Below are positions 27,216 to 36,807 of a DNA stretch of 64,000 bases, piece after piece. The notes below the pieces were generated by a model. That model was not told the origin of the DNA. It was given only the letters and a program-made list of their open reading frames with translations, and did no database searches. Made by a program: the position numbers and the translations under genes. The first letter of the stretch is position 1; each line of letters starts with the position of its first letter. The stretch spans positions 1 to 64,000 of IMG/VR virus record IMGVR_UViG_2850949226_000003. One strand, written 5' to 3'. The DNA is from a virus (taxonomy: Duplodnaviria > Caudoviricetes).

Positions 27216-28046
27216 TTGATTGGTCAAGGCGTTCAGTTAGTAGTGATAAAAGGAGGATGCCTTGTGGGTGATAAGGTAATCAGAGCTTCGGACAATGAAG
27301 AAGTAAAATATGACATTATCGATTTTAAGAAACTCACAACGGTCATGAAAAGGTTTTTGGGTAGCAAAAAATCTGATCCGGAAGTAACGAAGTGGTATAA
27401 GGTAGAAGATGGTCTTCATTTTATGGCGACAACATTAGGGTCTGCGGTTTACATTCTTTTCAAAAACAAATATGCCGGTACTTTTAATAAAGCGACTGGA
27501 AAAGACTTCTTTGTGAAACCTTTATCTAACGGAAAACAAGAGGAAGTTGAAGCCATCCCTGAATTAGAAATTGTTACTGAAGGAAAGAAAAAAATTGAAA
27601 GACCTACAGGAAGGACACTTGAATATCCTGATGTAGTTGGTCTGTTTAATAGTTTTAATTTTAATGATTTTCATAAAGTTGAAATAGATGTAGATGACAC
27701 TGATGATTTTATTTCGGTTCATGAAGCGATGTCGAAAGCATCGAAGGTAGGCGGACCGCATAATACAGCCAAGATGAAAATTGAGAGTAATGAGCTATTA
27801 TTAAAACTTCATGATTCTCCGATTGATTTTGAATTCAAATACAAAATAAAAAGTGATAATCGATTTTGTTTTGGGGATTATCATTATGATTTTGATTTAA
27901 TGACAGCAATATTCAAATCGTTAAAGGACCTAAAACCTTACAAAATCGAAATGTATGTAAGAGATATTGACCATCCCATCCTATTTGTCGGTGAATCAAC
28001 TGACTATAACTTTAACTTTGCAATTCAAAGGATATTAGTTAGATAG
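27216..28046 (+). CDS. Hypothetical protein, possible divergent sliding clamp
   Basis: Start probably GTG near 27264 (RBS AAAGGAGG); EYPDV linker and C-terminal YDFDLM...FKSL...IEMY....HPILF resemble beta-clamp. Confidence 0.45.
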   Translation: MIGQGVQLVVIKGGCLVGDKVIRASDNEEVKYDIIDFKKLTTVMKRFLGSKKSDPEVTKWYKVEDGLHFMATTLGSAVYILFKNKYAGTFNKATGKDFFVKPLSNGKQEEVEAIPELEIVTEGKKKIERPTGRTLEYPDVVGLFNSFNFNDFHKVEIDVDDTDDFISVHEAMSKASKVGGPHNTAKMKIESNELLLKLHDSPIDFEFKYKIKSDNRFCFGDYHYDFDLMTAIFKSLKDLKPYKIEMYVRDIDHPILFVGESTDYNFNFAIQRILVR

Positions 28047-28052
28047 GAGAGT

Positions 28053-28544
28053 ATGATGAAAATGACACCGGGTGTAGGCGATTATGTCGAAGTGTTGGGG
28101 TGTTCTTATGGCGGCAGGGACATTTTTATCGGAAAGACTGGTGAAATTGTGGAGATCAACAAAGACCGTTCGCCAGCTATATATAAAGTGAGAGTTAGAT
28201 TTGAATGGATTAATCAAGTGTGGTGGTTTAAGTCATCCGAATTGAGGGTTCTTAAAAAAGGTTTGGAAACAATCCCAACTAAGTTGAATAGTCGTTATGT
28301 GGCAAAAGCTTTTTGGATTGGCCACAAGAAAATGATGGAAGAGAAAGTGAAACAATTAGAGGAAGATTGCAAAAAGGTCGGAAGAGAAATGTTGCTTGCT
28401 CTTTGTGATGGCAGTTTCAATATAGAGGACGCTATTTATTGGCACGAACAATGCAAAGAATTATTTGAGATGTACACCGGATACAAGGAGAAGTTAGAAA
28501 AAGCTAAAGGGGTAGTTGGTGCCGAAGATGAAAAACTCAACTAA
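28053..28544 (+). CDS. Hypothetical protein with an N-terminal KOW/SH3-like domain
   Basis: VGDYVEV...IGKTGEIVEI...VRF...WF.SSEL. Confidence 0.65.
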   Translation: MMKMTPGVGDYVEVLGCSYGGRDIFIGKTGEIVEINKDRSPAIYKVRVRFEWINQVWWFKSSELRVLKKGLETIPTKLNSRYVAKAFWIGHKKMMEEKVKQLEEDCKKVGREMLLALCDGSFNIEDAIYWHEQCKELFEMYTGYKEKLEKAKGVVGAEDEKLN

Positions 28545-29220
28545 GATGATGGAGCTATTCAAGAGTAAACCGATCTTTGAAGAGCTTGCGGAATTGAGGT
28601 TAAAAATCGCAACGACAGATGATTTAAAAATAAAGGGCGAATTGGAATTGTATGAAGATCGTATCCGTGAGTTCTCCGTTTCTTTATTGAAAAGGGTTAA
28701 AGCGAGAGAGAACGGGGCATTTGAAGAATTAATGAGTCTCAAGGATATGAAGAATTTTCTTCATTTTTACGCTTACCATATCAGGGATTACCATAAATTT
28801 AGGTACAGCAAACAAAACGTTCTCCACGAAATCAGATTTCAAATATTTTACCACGTAGTAAACAATTATCGCATTTATAATGAACCTCACGAAATCAGCC
28901 TATTAATCACAAGTATGAGGAACTGGATCAGACAGAAGGTTAGTGCCGCATTAAAAAACACATACAATCCGAAGGACGATGAGAAATTAGATCAAGTTTT
29001 TTTAGTAGGGGATGCGACGGATGATACAGAGGTTCTTGTGCGGGATCTAATTGACAGATACCTCGATAGAGAGGAAAAAATTGTTTTTGAGTTGAAATTC
29101 TTTGAAGAGAGAGGCTTCGTGGAAATCGGAAAATTCATAGGAGCTTCGAAAGATACCGCCCAAAGAAGATACAAAAAAGCTTTAAATAAATTGAGTAAAA
29201 TATTGTCGAAAGAGTTATAA
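28516..29220 (+). CDS. Phage sigma-70 family RNA polymerase sigma factor
   Basis: AFEEL region-2 start; C-terminal L.REEKIVFELKFFEE.GFVEIG..IG.SK.TA.RRYKKAL.KL region-4 HTH. Confidence 0.75.
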   Translation: MVPKMKNSTKMMELFKSKPIFEELAELRLKIATTDDLKIKGELELYEDRIREFSVSLLKRVKARENGAFEELMSLKDMKNFLHFYAYHIRDYHKFRYSKQNVLHEIRFQIFYHVVNNYRIYNEPHEISLLITSMRNWIRQKVSAALKNTYNPKDDEKLDQVFLVGDATDDTEVLVRDLIDRYLDREEKIVFELKFFEERGFVEIGKFIGASKDTAQRRYKKALNKLSKILSKEL

Positions 29221-29233
29221 GGAGGACGTATAA

Positions 29234-29731
29234 GTGCGATTAACTAAATTGTTCGAAATACAACGTAAATTAGATAGGCGTATTGTCGTGGAAAAGGGAC
29301 TTGAGCGGCAAGACCTCTTGTGGAATAAAATATTAGCTTTGCAAGTTGAATTGGCAGAATTGGCTCAAGAAGTACAGGACGAATGGAAGTTTTGGAAAAC
29401 AAACTTCAAAAGATGTTCCGGCAAAATATTAGAAGAGTATTGTGATTGTTTACATTTTGTTTTGAGCATTGGAATTGAACATGGATTCGATAAACATGCA
29501 GATGGATTGGTAATTGACTCTATTGAATGTCCGAATATGGTGTTCCAAATCTCCGAGCTGATGCAATGCAATTGGTACTTGTACGAGGAAGGAGATGACG
29601 GAGACTACCATGAAGGTTTTGAGCTGTTTTTAGGTCTAGGAAAAATGTTGGGGTTTACGTGGGAAGAAGTGGAGAAAGCATACTTAGAAAAGAATAAAAT
29701 CAACCACAAAAGACAAGATCAAGGATATTGA
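29234..29731 (+). CDS. dut: Dimeric (all-alpha) dUTPase
   Basis: LALQVELAELA, WKFWK, LEEYCDCLHFVLSIG, AY..KN..N..RQ..GY. Confidence 0.88.
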   Translation: MRLTKLFEIQRKLDRRIVVEKGLERQDLLWNKILALQVELAELAQEVQDEWKFWKTNFKRCSGKILEEYCDCLHFVLSIGIEHGFDKHADGLVIDSIECPNMVFQISELMQCNWYLYEEGDDGDYHEGFELFLGLGKMLGFTWEEVEKAYLEKNKINHKRQDQGY

Positions 29732-29756
29732 TAAAGATTAACCTTCTAACTTTTTA

Positions 29757-29785
29757 TTGAAAACACGTTTATATCCAGTTATAAT
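29757..29785 (+). promoter_or_regulatory. sigA promoter overlapped by GTTATAA sites
   Basis: TTGAAA-17 bp-TATAAT; GTTATAA at 29778 and 29788. Confidence 0.7.
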
Positions 29786-29829
29786 CGGTTATAAAGTGAG
29801 TAAGACGATAAAAGGTTAGGAGGTTCTTT

Positions 29830-30474
29830 ATGTCTGAAAAGCATAACAATCTTCAGGGCGAAGTATGGACCGATGATGACGATATTCAATTAGCTGAAAC
29901 GGTGTTGAGGAGGGTTAGACAAGGAGATTCCGTAATTGATGCTTGCCGCGAGTTTGAAGAAGCCACAAAAGGCAGACGAACATCATCAGCTTCTAAATTC
30001 AGATGGCACACAAAATTAAAAGAACGATATGCTGGCGCTTACGAATTAGCCAGAAGGGAAGGGAAGAAAACAAGAGATTATAAACGCCGAAAAGTAAACC
30101 AAGGCGAACGCTATCAAGATTTGTTGGAAAACGTTTTGGACAAGGATAGTGACAGAGAGATCACTATTGATGATATTTTGATTTTAGTCAAAAAATACAA
30201 AGAACAAAGTGAAGACAAAGTTAGTGAATATGAACGTTATGAAAAAGAAACCGATAAACTCCGCAGAGAAATCGAAAAGCTCAAAAAAGAGTTGAAAGAT
30301 GAACGTTTAGAAAAGAAACAAATGAAAGAAGCTTTAATTGAGGTTGATCGCAACTACAAAAAACTATTGGATGCTCTCAAAGTTCTGAAGGAAGCCGGAA
30401 TTCAAATCAATGTTCCCGAACCTGAATCATTCGAATATATAGTCAATAAAGATGGTACTGTAGAAAAAATGTAA
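29830..30474 (+). CDS. RsfA family transcriptional regulator
   Basis: W...DD..LAETVLR.VR.G and RT..A..FRW Myb-like N-terminus plus coiled coil. Confidence 0.85.
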   Translation: MSEKHNNLQGEVWTDDDDIQLAETVLRRVRQGDSVIDACREFEEATKGRRTSSASKFRWHTKLKERYAGAYELARREGKKTRDYKRRKVNQGERYQDLLENVLDKDSDREITIDDILILVKKYKEQSEDKVSEYERYEKETDKLRREIEKLKKELKDERLEKKQMKEALIEVDRNYKKLLDALKVLKEAGIQINVPEPESFEYIVNKDGTVEKM

Positions 30475-30536
30475 ATATACGCTCCGACGCAAAATCGCCT
30501 ATTTTTGGGCGGTTTTTTTGTTTTCTTTTAAAAACA

Positions 30537-30569
30537 TGAGATCAGATACGTTTTAGAGGTACTAATGTT
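30537..30569 (+). promoter_or_regulatory. Putative phage late promoter
   Basis: TGAGA-18 bp-TACTAATGTT, just after a terminator. Confidence 0.55.
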
Positions 30570-30575
30570 TCATGA

Positions 30576-30881
30576 ATGCAAAAGAAAAGGGAGGATATTC
30601 GGGTGAGTCGTATCAATAAAACCAAAGAAGATAAATTCAAAGACTCGTTAAAGTCATGGGGGCCTGAAGAAACTCGTCCTTTTATTCGTGAAAAAGAGGA
30701 CCTCGTGAGAGATGCGTTTGATTATAAGAGAAAGTACGACAAAATCAAAAGAGAAAGAGATGAGGTGGCGAAAATTACAGGTGATTCTTTAGAGAACATC
30801 AATATTTGGTCATCTCGTGGATTGGAAAGTCAATCAGGACCTATAAAGGACTGGACACCGATAAAGAAGGAGGAAGAATGA
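30576..30881 (+). CDS. Hypothetical protein
   Basis: RBS GGGAGG suggests GTG near 30603. Confidence 0.65.
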   Translation: MQKKREDIRVSRINKTKEDKFKDSLKSWGPEETRPFIREKEDLVRDAFDYKRKYDKIKRERDEVAKITGDSLENINIWSSRGLESQSGPIKDWTPIKKEEE

Positions 30882-31438
30882 TGGAATGGTTAAAATGGCA
30901 AAGTAAAATCCTTGAACAAGATGATCTGGATATCTTTGAAGTCATTGCTACTAGAGGAGCGGGGAAAACCACCTTCTCTTTAGGCTGGGTGACTAAAGAC
31001 GCGGATATTTCTATTTTTATTACAAAGAATGCTTCGATGATCAGAAAAAAACTCAAAGAAAATATCAAGACTTTAGATTTTAATTTAAATGAATTTCATG
31101 TAATATCCAACTTAAAGCAATTAAGAAAGCTAAATACAAACCCTAAAAAGAATATCAGGATAGTTGTTGATGAATACTTTTATCAGCCAGAAATCACTTT
31201 AGATTCGCTTGATCGTATCTTAGGACACAAAAAATATAAAGCTTTATTTATAGGAACAAGAAGAACAAAAGAAGACAAATTTAAAATTCCTTTTAGTAAA
31301 CAATATATAGTCGATATTATTCAACTCATAAGCGATCAAGTGATTTCGCCGGCACAACTCATTGACATTCTGAATAAAGGAATGTTGGATTTAGAGCAAT
31401 TTTATATCGAATTCGGTGCTCCTTTCGAAGCGAATTAG
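30806..31438 (+). CDS. Stand-alone terminase-like P-loop ATPase domain
   Basis: Start probably 30878; WQ motif, ATRGAGKT Walker A, IVVDE Walker B, FIGT. Confidence 0.6.
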   Translation: MVISWIGKSIRTYKGLDTDKEGGRMMEWLKWQSKILEQDDLDIFEVIATRGAGKTTFSLGWVTKDADISIFITKNASMIRKKLKENIKTLDFNLNEFHVISNLKQLRKLNTNPKKNIRIVVDEYFYQPEITLDSLDRILGHKKYKALFIGTRRTKEDKFKIPFSKQYIVDIIQLISDQVISPAQLIDILNKGMLDLEQFYIEFGAPFEAN

Positions 31439-31460
31439 TCATAAGGAGTTGGTATAATAG

Positions 31461-32234
31461 ATGGATTTAATTTACAAGAAAGGTACTGTCATTGGGAAGC
31501 CGGATGAATTGAGGGTATATCTTTTGAATGATCTTCATTTCGGTTCTGAAGCTGTTGATTATGAGCTTTGGGAAAGGATCAAACAAGACATTAGAGAAAA
31601 TAGGCACAGGTCAAGGATTTTAATTAATGGTGATATCATCGAAGGAGTAACCAGACAATCTAAAGGCGATATCTACAAGCAACGAATGTCACCAAAGGAA
31701 CAGGTCGATTTTGCAGTTAGTGAATTTTATGAATTTCGTGATTTGATCGATGCTGTAAACAGTGGTAATCACGATCAAAGAATCAAAAACGAAACAAGCT
31801 TTGATCCTATCGAGACGTTTTGCAAGGATTTGGGTATACTTGATAAGTACCTGGAGTATGAAGGTATAATCGCTTATAGCTGGAATAAGTGTTTTTATTC
31901 TATTCAAATGCACCACGGATCGGGTGGAGCTTCGACTACTGCTGGTATCATTAACAAAATGAAAAAGATGAGAAAATCCAATTGTACTGTGACCTATATC
32001 GCTCATCACCACAGGGAAGTTGCTGAACCTTTTATCGAATATTACATTGACCCATTCAATCATAAGTTGCACAAACGAAAGCATTGGTTCATTTGTGGTA
32101 ACACAATCACAAAACATGCGGAATACGCAAAGAAATTCGCATATGAAGAGAAATTCCCCTCCCAAGCTGTATTGTTGTTGTCGGGGAATAGGAAGAACAG
32201 GTCGGTTGAAGTTGAGTGGATAAGAAGCATGTAA
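31461..32234 (+). CDS. Calcineurin-like metallophosphoesterase
   Basis: DLHFG, NGDIIE, GNHD, HHG, AHHH motifs. Confidence 0.88.
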   Translation: MDLIYKKGTVIGKPDELRVYLLNDLHFGSEAVDYELWERIKQDIRENRHRSRILINGDIIEGVTRQSKGDIYKQRMSPKEQVDFAVSEFYEFRDLIDAVNSGNHDQRIKNETSFDPIETFCKDLGILDKYLEYEGIIAYSWNKCFYSIQMHHGSGGASTTAGIINKMKKMRKSNCTVTYIAHHHREVAEPFIEYYIDPFNHKLHKRKHWFICGNTITKHAEYAKKFAYEEKFPSQAVLLLSGNRKNRSVEVEWIRSM

Positions 32235-32295
32235 AGTTAGGTTATAAAGAAGGGCTAGATAAAAGAACACCGTTCAAAAAAGAACGGTGCTTTTT

Positions 32296-32607
32296 TTATT
32301 TCTCTCTTGTTCTGAAGTCACATGTCCAGTCGTGAAGTAAACCGATATCTACATAATCCTCCAAAGCCTCCACGCTGTTGCTTTCTAACTCAATCCGGTG
32401 AAGAAATACATTGCATTCGTTTCGTTGATAATTAATATGTACTTCTCCTACTTCTATTTCATATGGGTTCTTATATAAGGAATCCGCAATGAAATCTCCC
32501 TTATGAGGTATAACATTTGATTCGAACTCTTTGTGAAGCGTTCTAAAATCTCGCATACTATCCTTCAAACAAACCTGTTGATGAAGCCTGATTTTCATGT
32601 CCTTCAC
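32296..32607 (-). CDS. Hypothetical protein (opposite-strand moron)
   Basis: RBS AAGGAGGTG; shared terminator at about 32266-32296. Confidence 0.7.
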   Translation of the reverse strand: MKDMKIRLHQQVCLKDSMRDFRTLHKEFESNVIPHKGDFIADSLYKNPYEIEVGEVHINYQRNECNVFLHRIELESNSVEALEDYVDIGLLHDWTCDFRTREK

Positions 32608-32675
32608 CTCCTTTTTTAGTGTTCAAACTAATTATATATTCCTTAAAACTTGAAGTATATTAAAACATTCAAAAG

Positions 32676-32709
32676 TGAGAAAATATTTCTTTTTTCTCAT
32701 ACTACTGTT
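32676..32709 (+). promoter_or_regulatory. Putative phage late promoter
   Basis: TGAGAAA...CATACTACTGTT (19 bp between TGAGA and TACTA). Confidence 0.6.
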
Positions 32710-32711
32710 CA

Positions 32712-33050
32712 TGAGGACTTTTAGTTAAGGGATATCCAATCCTCTAACTTTCCAATATATAAGTGGAAAGTTGATATTTAAGAGAAGGAAAGGCAGTGGG
32801 GAACTGAAGCAAAGGGGCTGTCTGCTCGGATGATGTGGGTTTAAGCCGAGGGATTTAGAAGACCAAGGTCCTACCTCCTGGCATGGGTAATGTGAAAACG
32901 GATCAAAAAACGTCTCGCGGAGTCCGTTGTCGTAATAACGGATAAGGGTTGCCACCTGACAAGAGCACGGAGATAGAGACAATGACCGCGTTTAATTGGT
33001 TTTGCGGTTAATGCCACTTGCTACGAAAAAATCGTGGCGGTGGCTTTTTT
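32712..33050 (+). ncRNA. Candidate structured non-coding RNA or leader upstream of terS
   Basis: No credible ORF, GC-richer than its flanks, at least six stems, ends in a terminator with U6. Confidence 0.55.
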
Positions 33051-33076
33051 AGTTTGTTGCGAAAGGAGCAATTAAC

Positions 33077-33754
33077 ATGGCAAAAAACGAGATCAAATCT
33101 TATGTTACATCTGATGGGCAAGTTTTTAAAACAACGTTAGATATAGGTGACGTTGATCCAAAATTATATACACTTAACCATTTGGAGATGGCGGAAAAAA
33201 GAGTGATAAAAGGCAGTAACAAAAACTTAAAGACGGCTTTAGGTAGTACAAGAGCGTTAGCAAAGAAAAATCAAACTACAGCCAAATCTCTTTCTGACGC
33301 TCAATTTGATGAGTATGGACTCGATCCGTCTATTTACACCAAGAAACAAATCGATTTTGTTCACCAAAAGATCAGAGAATTCGAAGCGCAATACGAGTCT
33401 TCTACGCCTTTTGAAAAAGAGACAATTGGCATGATGGCGGTAACTTTACTAAAAATTACTGAAATTAAAGCGAAAATGATTTCATCTGATAGTAACAACT
33501 ACGTGAAACAGTTAAAGGATTTACGCGAGATGTTTTCTAAAATGGCCGAAGATTTGAAGCTTAGACCAAAAGACAAGAAAGAGGAAGACAGGAGCAAGAA
33601 CAGAAACTCACTTACAGAAATGGTGCGGAGATACGAAGCGCGGAAGAGAAGTCAACGCAAGGAAACTAGCGATAAAACAAAAGCAATGGAAGAGATGCTT
33701 TCTAAAGTAAGGGTAAACTCGCTGGACGGAAAATACGCCGGAGCTGAAGAATAA
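33077..33754 (+). CDS. Putative terminase small subunit
   Basis: Helical, TAATG-coupled to terL; LKLRP.D motif. Confidence 0.65.
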   Translation: MAKNEIKSYVTSDGQVFKTTLDIGDVDPKLYTLNHLEMAEKRVIKGSNKNLKTALGSTRALAKKNQTTAKSLSDAQFDEYGLDPSIYTKKQIDFVHQKIREFEAQYESSTPFEKETIGMMAVTLLKITEIKAKMISSDSNNYVKQLKDLREMFSKMAEDLKLRPKDKKEEDRSKNRNSLTEMVRRYEARKRSQRKETSDKTKAMEEMLSKVRVNSLDGKYAGAEE

Positions 33755-35340
33755 TGGATTGGTACAGCGAATGGATTACTGAAGAAGAAATATACGAAAT
33801 AATGAACCTCCCTCATGACGAGTTTGAAGAGTACATCTTTGAAATGATCGAGTTTTATCGCGAAAATCCTGTAGAAGCTGTATACGACCTATTAGGTCTT
33901 GGTTTAACTGAATACCAAAAAGTGATGCTAATTGAATCCTGGAATTCAAAAAACATTTATTGGTGTACAAGCCGTGGTGCTGGGAAATCATTCATGATGG
34001 CTATTCTTGCTTGTTTAAAGATGTTGCTCTATCCAGATGAAGCTATACTCATGTTCGGCCCTTCTTATCGTCAATCATTAATGCTCTACGACAAGATCGT
34101 AAGTGAAGTTTACAATAAGTCCTTTTCTTTTAAACACGAAGTCATGGAAATGCCTAGGGGATCGATGGGTGCCAAGATTCAACTCAAGAATTTGTCTTAT
34201 GCGAAATTCTTGCCTATAGGCGACGGGGGATCAATTCGTGGTGAGCGTACAACTTTCATCTTTTTGGATGAGGACGCCCAACAAGACAAAACGTTAATTG
34301 ATCGGGTAATTTTACCGATGGCTGTATCTAACTTAAAATACGATCCTGATAATCCTGAAGAGGGATTTCAACCGACTATCGTTCGTGCCACATCTGCATA
34401 CTTTCAATTCAACCATAGCTATAAGACTTTCCAAATTCATTTGCACAGAATGGCATTCGATGAGGATTACTACTGCGCTGTAGTCCCTTATACAATCCCA
34501 TTGGAAGCGAAACTCTACAATGAAAAGTTCGTAGCCACACAGAAGCGGGATATGTCTAATGATGACTTTGAAATGGAAATGGGTTGCAAATGGATAACCG
34601 GCAACGAAAACGCGTTTATTAGTATGAAATTGTGGGATGAGAACGTTAAATATGACGACACGCTAGAACCCCTTTTCTGTGGCGAAGGCAATAAGGAGTA
34701 TGTATTGTTTGCTGATATCGCAAGGTCGGAAGGCGGAGATAACGCATCATTAAAACTATGTGAAATTCGTGGACATCGACTCGCCGTTGTCAGAGAAAAA
34801 GCTTTAAATGGTCAGCCGTATCAAGTGATCCGAGATGAAATAAGAAAATTTCTAATTAAGTTCAATGTTATTGACCTTTGGATGGATAAATTAGGAGGCG
34901 GTGAAGCTGTGGCCGACTTACTTGCTGAAGATTGGATGGACTTCGAAACTGGAGCTAAACACCCTCCTATTCTTTCTGTTGACAGCGGCAGAGGGGATGG
35001 GATCAAATTAATCACATTTATTGTAGCGGATACTGCCCTTAACCACAGACTAGGACACCTGGCAAAGAAGCATATTGAAAAAGGTCACTTCGTTTTCCCA
35101 AGACTCATGGACAGACACCCGGAAAGAGAGATGGAAATGGCGTACTTAGACCTCATTATGGTCAAGAAAGAAGTAACCAATATACAAGCTGTGCCGGCAG
35201 GAAATTTCCATAAATTCGTGCCTACCAAGGGGTCAAAGCTTCGAAAAGACCGTTGGACAACCTTCTGTTATGCCGCGCTTTATATCGAAGAAAAATTGAT
35301 AAAAAAAGAAGAGGACGAACTATTGATTGAAATCTTCTGA
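33754..35340 (+). CDS. terL: Terminase large subunit
   Basis: YQ motif, SRGAGKS, IRGER..FIFLDE, ATSA; nuclease ADIA...D...KDR. Confidence 0.92.
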   Translation: MDWYSEWITEEEIYEIMNLPHDEFEEYIFEMIEFYRENPVEAVYDLLGLGLTEYQKVMLIESWNSKNIYWCTSRGAGKSFMMAILACLKMLLYPDEAILMFGPSYRQSLMLYDKIVSEVYNKSFSFKHEVMEMPRGSMGAKIQLKNLSYAKFLPIGDGGSIRGERTTFIFLDEDAQQDKTLIDRVILPMAVSNLKYDPDNPEEGFQPTIVRATSAYFQFNHSYKTFQIHLHRMAFDEDYYCAVVPYTIPLEAKLYNEKFVATQKRDMSNDDFEMEMGCKWITGNENAFISMKLWDENVKYDDTLEPLFCGEGNKEYVLFADIARSEGGDNASLKLCEIRGHRLAVVREKALNGQPYQVIRDEIRKFLIKFNVIDLWMDKLGGGEAVADLLAEDWMDFETGAKHPPILSVDSGRGDGIKLITFIVADTALNHRLGHLAKKHIEKGHFVFPRLMDRHPEREMEMAYLDLIMVKKEVTNIQAVPAGNFHKFVPTKGSKLRKDRWTTFCYAALYIEEKLIKKEEDELLIEIF

Positions 35341-35426
35341 TGCGAAATCGTTTATTATAACCATTTTGAGAAAACAAGCACTTTAAACCGTATAATGGTA
35401 ATAGAAAGCGGTTATGAAGGGGGGTT

Positions 35427-36791
35427 TTGTTTTTGAGTGACCAGGAACTTGCGGAGGGCGCTTATAATCCAAAAGAATTTGGCGAAGAGGTTGCTTCCGT
35501 GAAAAACGAAGGAATAGAACGGGTCAGTTCGTTATCTAACATATCAGGGTATGAAGCGAACAAACTTTTAATGAATCCACAGGGGAATTTCCGGAAGATC
35601 GTTCAATTGAGTCATTATTATACCGAAAAGATAGGTATTCTTAAAAGTGCCGTTCGCGTTTATGTGACTCTCACAAATGGAGAGATTCAACTTGAAGGTG
35701 GCACAAAGAAAAATAAAAATTTCCTGGAAGAATTCGTTGAGAAAACTAATCTCAATAAAACTCTCCGACAATCGATACCGGATTTATATAAGGCCGGTAA
35801 TTTTATTTGGTATAGAGAATTAGAGGGCAGAGAGTCAGTTTGGATTCATCAATTAAACCCTATTGATGTCGATATAAAGGGACACAAACGGGATAGACCT
35901 GTCGCTGATTTAAGGACAAATAATGATCCTGCTACTCTCCCTGATGATTTAAAGCAAGGTGAGGACGGGAAATATCATTTACCTCCAAATCAAACTTATC
36001 ACTGTTCAGTTGAACGAGAAGGGTATTTACGCTACGGGATGCCTTTTACAACTTCAGCCTTCGAGCCTATACAACACATTCAAGAATTGATTGATATGGA
36101 GAAAGACTCTATCAAAAGCGTAATCGAATCACTCATTATCATTACATTGGGCGATGAGAAAAGGCCGGCAACCCAAGAACAGATTGATAAATTAAAACAA
36201 CATGTCAAAAATCTCAAAAGTACCTCAAGACTTGTAGGTAATCACACCTTAAAGGCTGAGGTTATCGAGAAAAATATCGAGGTATTCAACAAAGAAAAGT
36301 TTGAAGTGCCGATGAGAATGTTAATGCAATCCATCGGAATTACTCCTAGTATTTTTACCGGCGAAGGTTCTTATGCTACTGCTTCAGCAGGAATGCAGTC
36401 AGCTAAAAAAACGATTGAGTTAATTAGACTGGAGATCGAAGACACTTTAAAGCAATTATTTGCTGATGTCGCAAAAGAAAGAGGATTGGACCCTAAGAAA
36501 AACCCTACAGTGTCGTTAGGGAAACTTGACCTTACAGAAGAAAAGGTCCAACACGCCATCCTCCGCGACCTTTATCTGGACGGAATCATCAGTGCTGAAA
36601 CATATGCGCTTGCTCATGGTCATATCCTTGAACACGAGCAGACCAAGACGAAAGAAGAGAAGAAGTACGACATTCAACCTCGTAAAATGTCAAGCACTCT
36701 GGGAAATGATGGTCCTGGCGCGCCAGAGAAGATTGATTCTAAACCGGATAATAACCCTAATCAAGATAAAAAGCCTTCAGGTGATAATTAA
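35427..36791 (+). CDS. Portal protein
   Basis: Follows terL; 454 aa; YGMP and GSYATA motifs. Confidence 0.8.
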   Translation: MFLSDQELAEGAYNPKEFGEEVASVKNEGIERVSSLSNISGYEANKLLMNPQGNFRKIVQLSHYYTEKIGILKSAVRVYVTLTNGEIQLEGGTKKNKNFLEEFVEKTNLNKTLRQSIPDLYKAGNFIWYRELEGRESVWIHQLNPIDVDIKGHKRDRPVADLRTNNDPATLPDDLKQGEDGKYHLPPNQTYHCSVEREGYLRYGMPFTTSAFEPIQHIQELIDMEKDSIKSVIESLIIITLGDEKRPATQEQIDKLKQHVKNLKSTSRLVGNHTLKAEVIEKNIEVFNKEKFEVPMRMLMQSIGITPSIFTGEGSYATASAGMQSAKKTIELIRLEIEDTLKQLFADVAKERGLDPKKNPTVSLGKLDLTEEKVQHAILRDLYLDGIISAETYALAHGHILEHEQTKTKEEKKYDIQPRKMSSTLGNDGPGAPEKIDSKPDNNPNQDKKPSGDN

Positions 36792-36807
36792 AGGAGGTGA
36801 ATGGTTA

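Noticed and set aside
32746-32772. dif-like recombination site
   Set aside because: The 9-bp arms with 9-bp spacer only loosely resemble B. subtilis dif; simpler as a hairpin of the candidate RNA.
32725-32982. 85-aa minus-strand ORF
   Set aside because: No RBS, atypical composition, antisense to the promoter-terminator unit.
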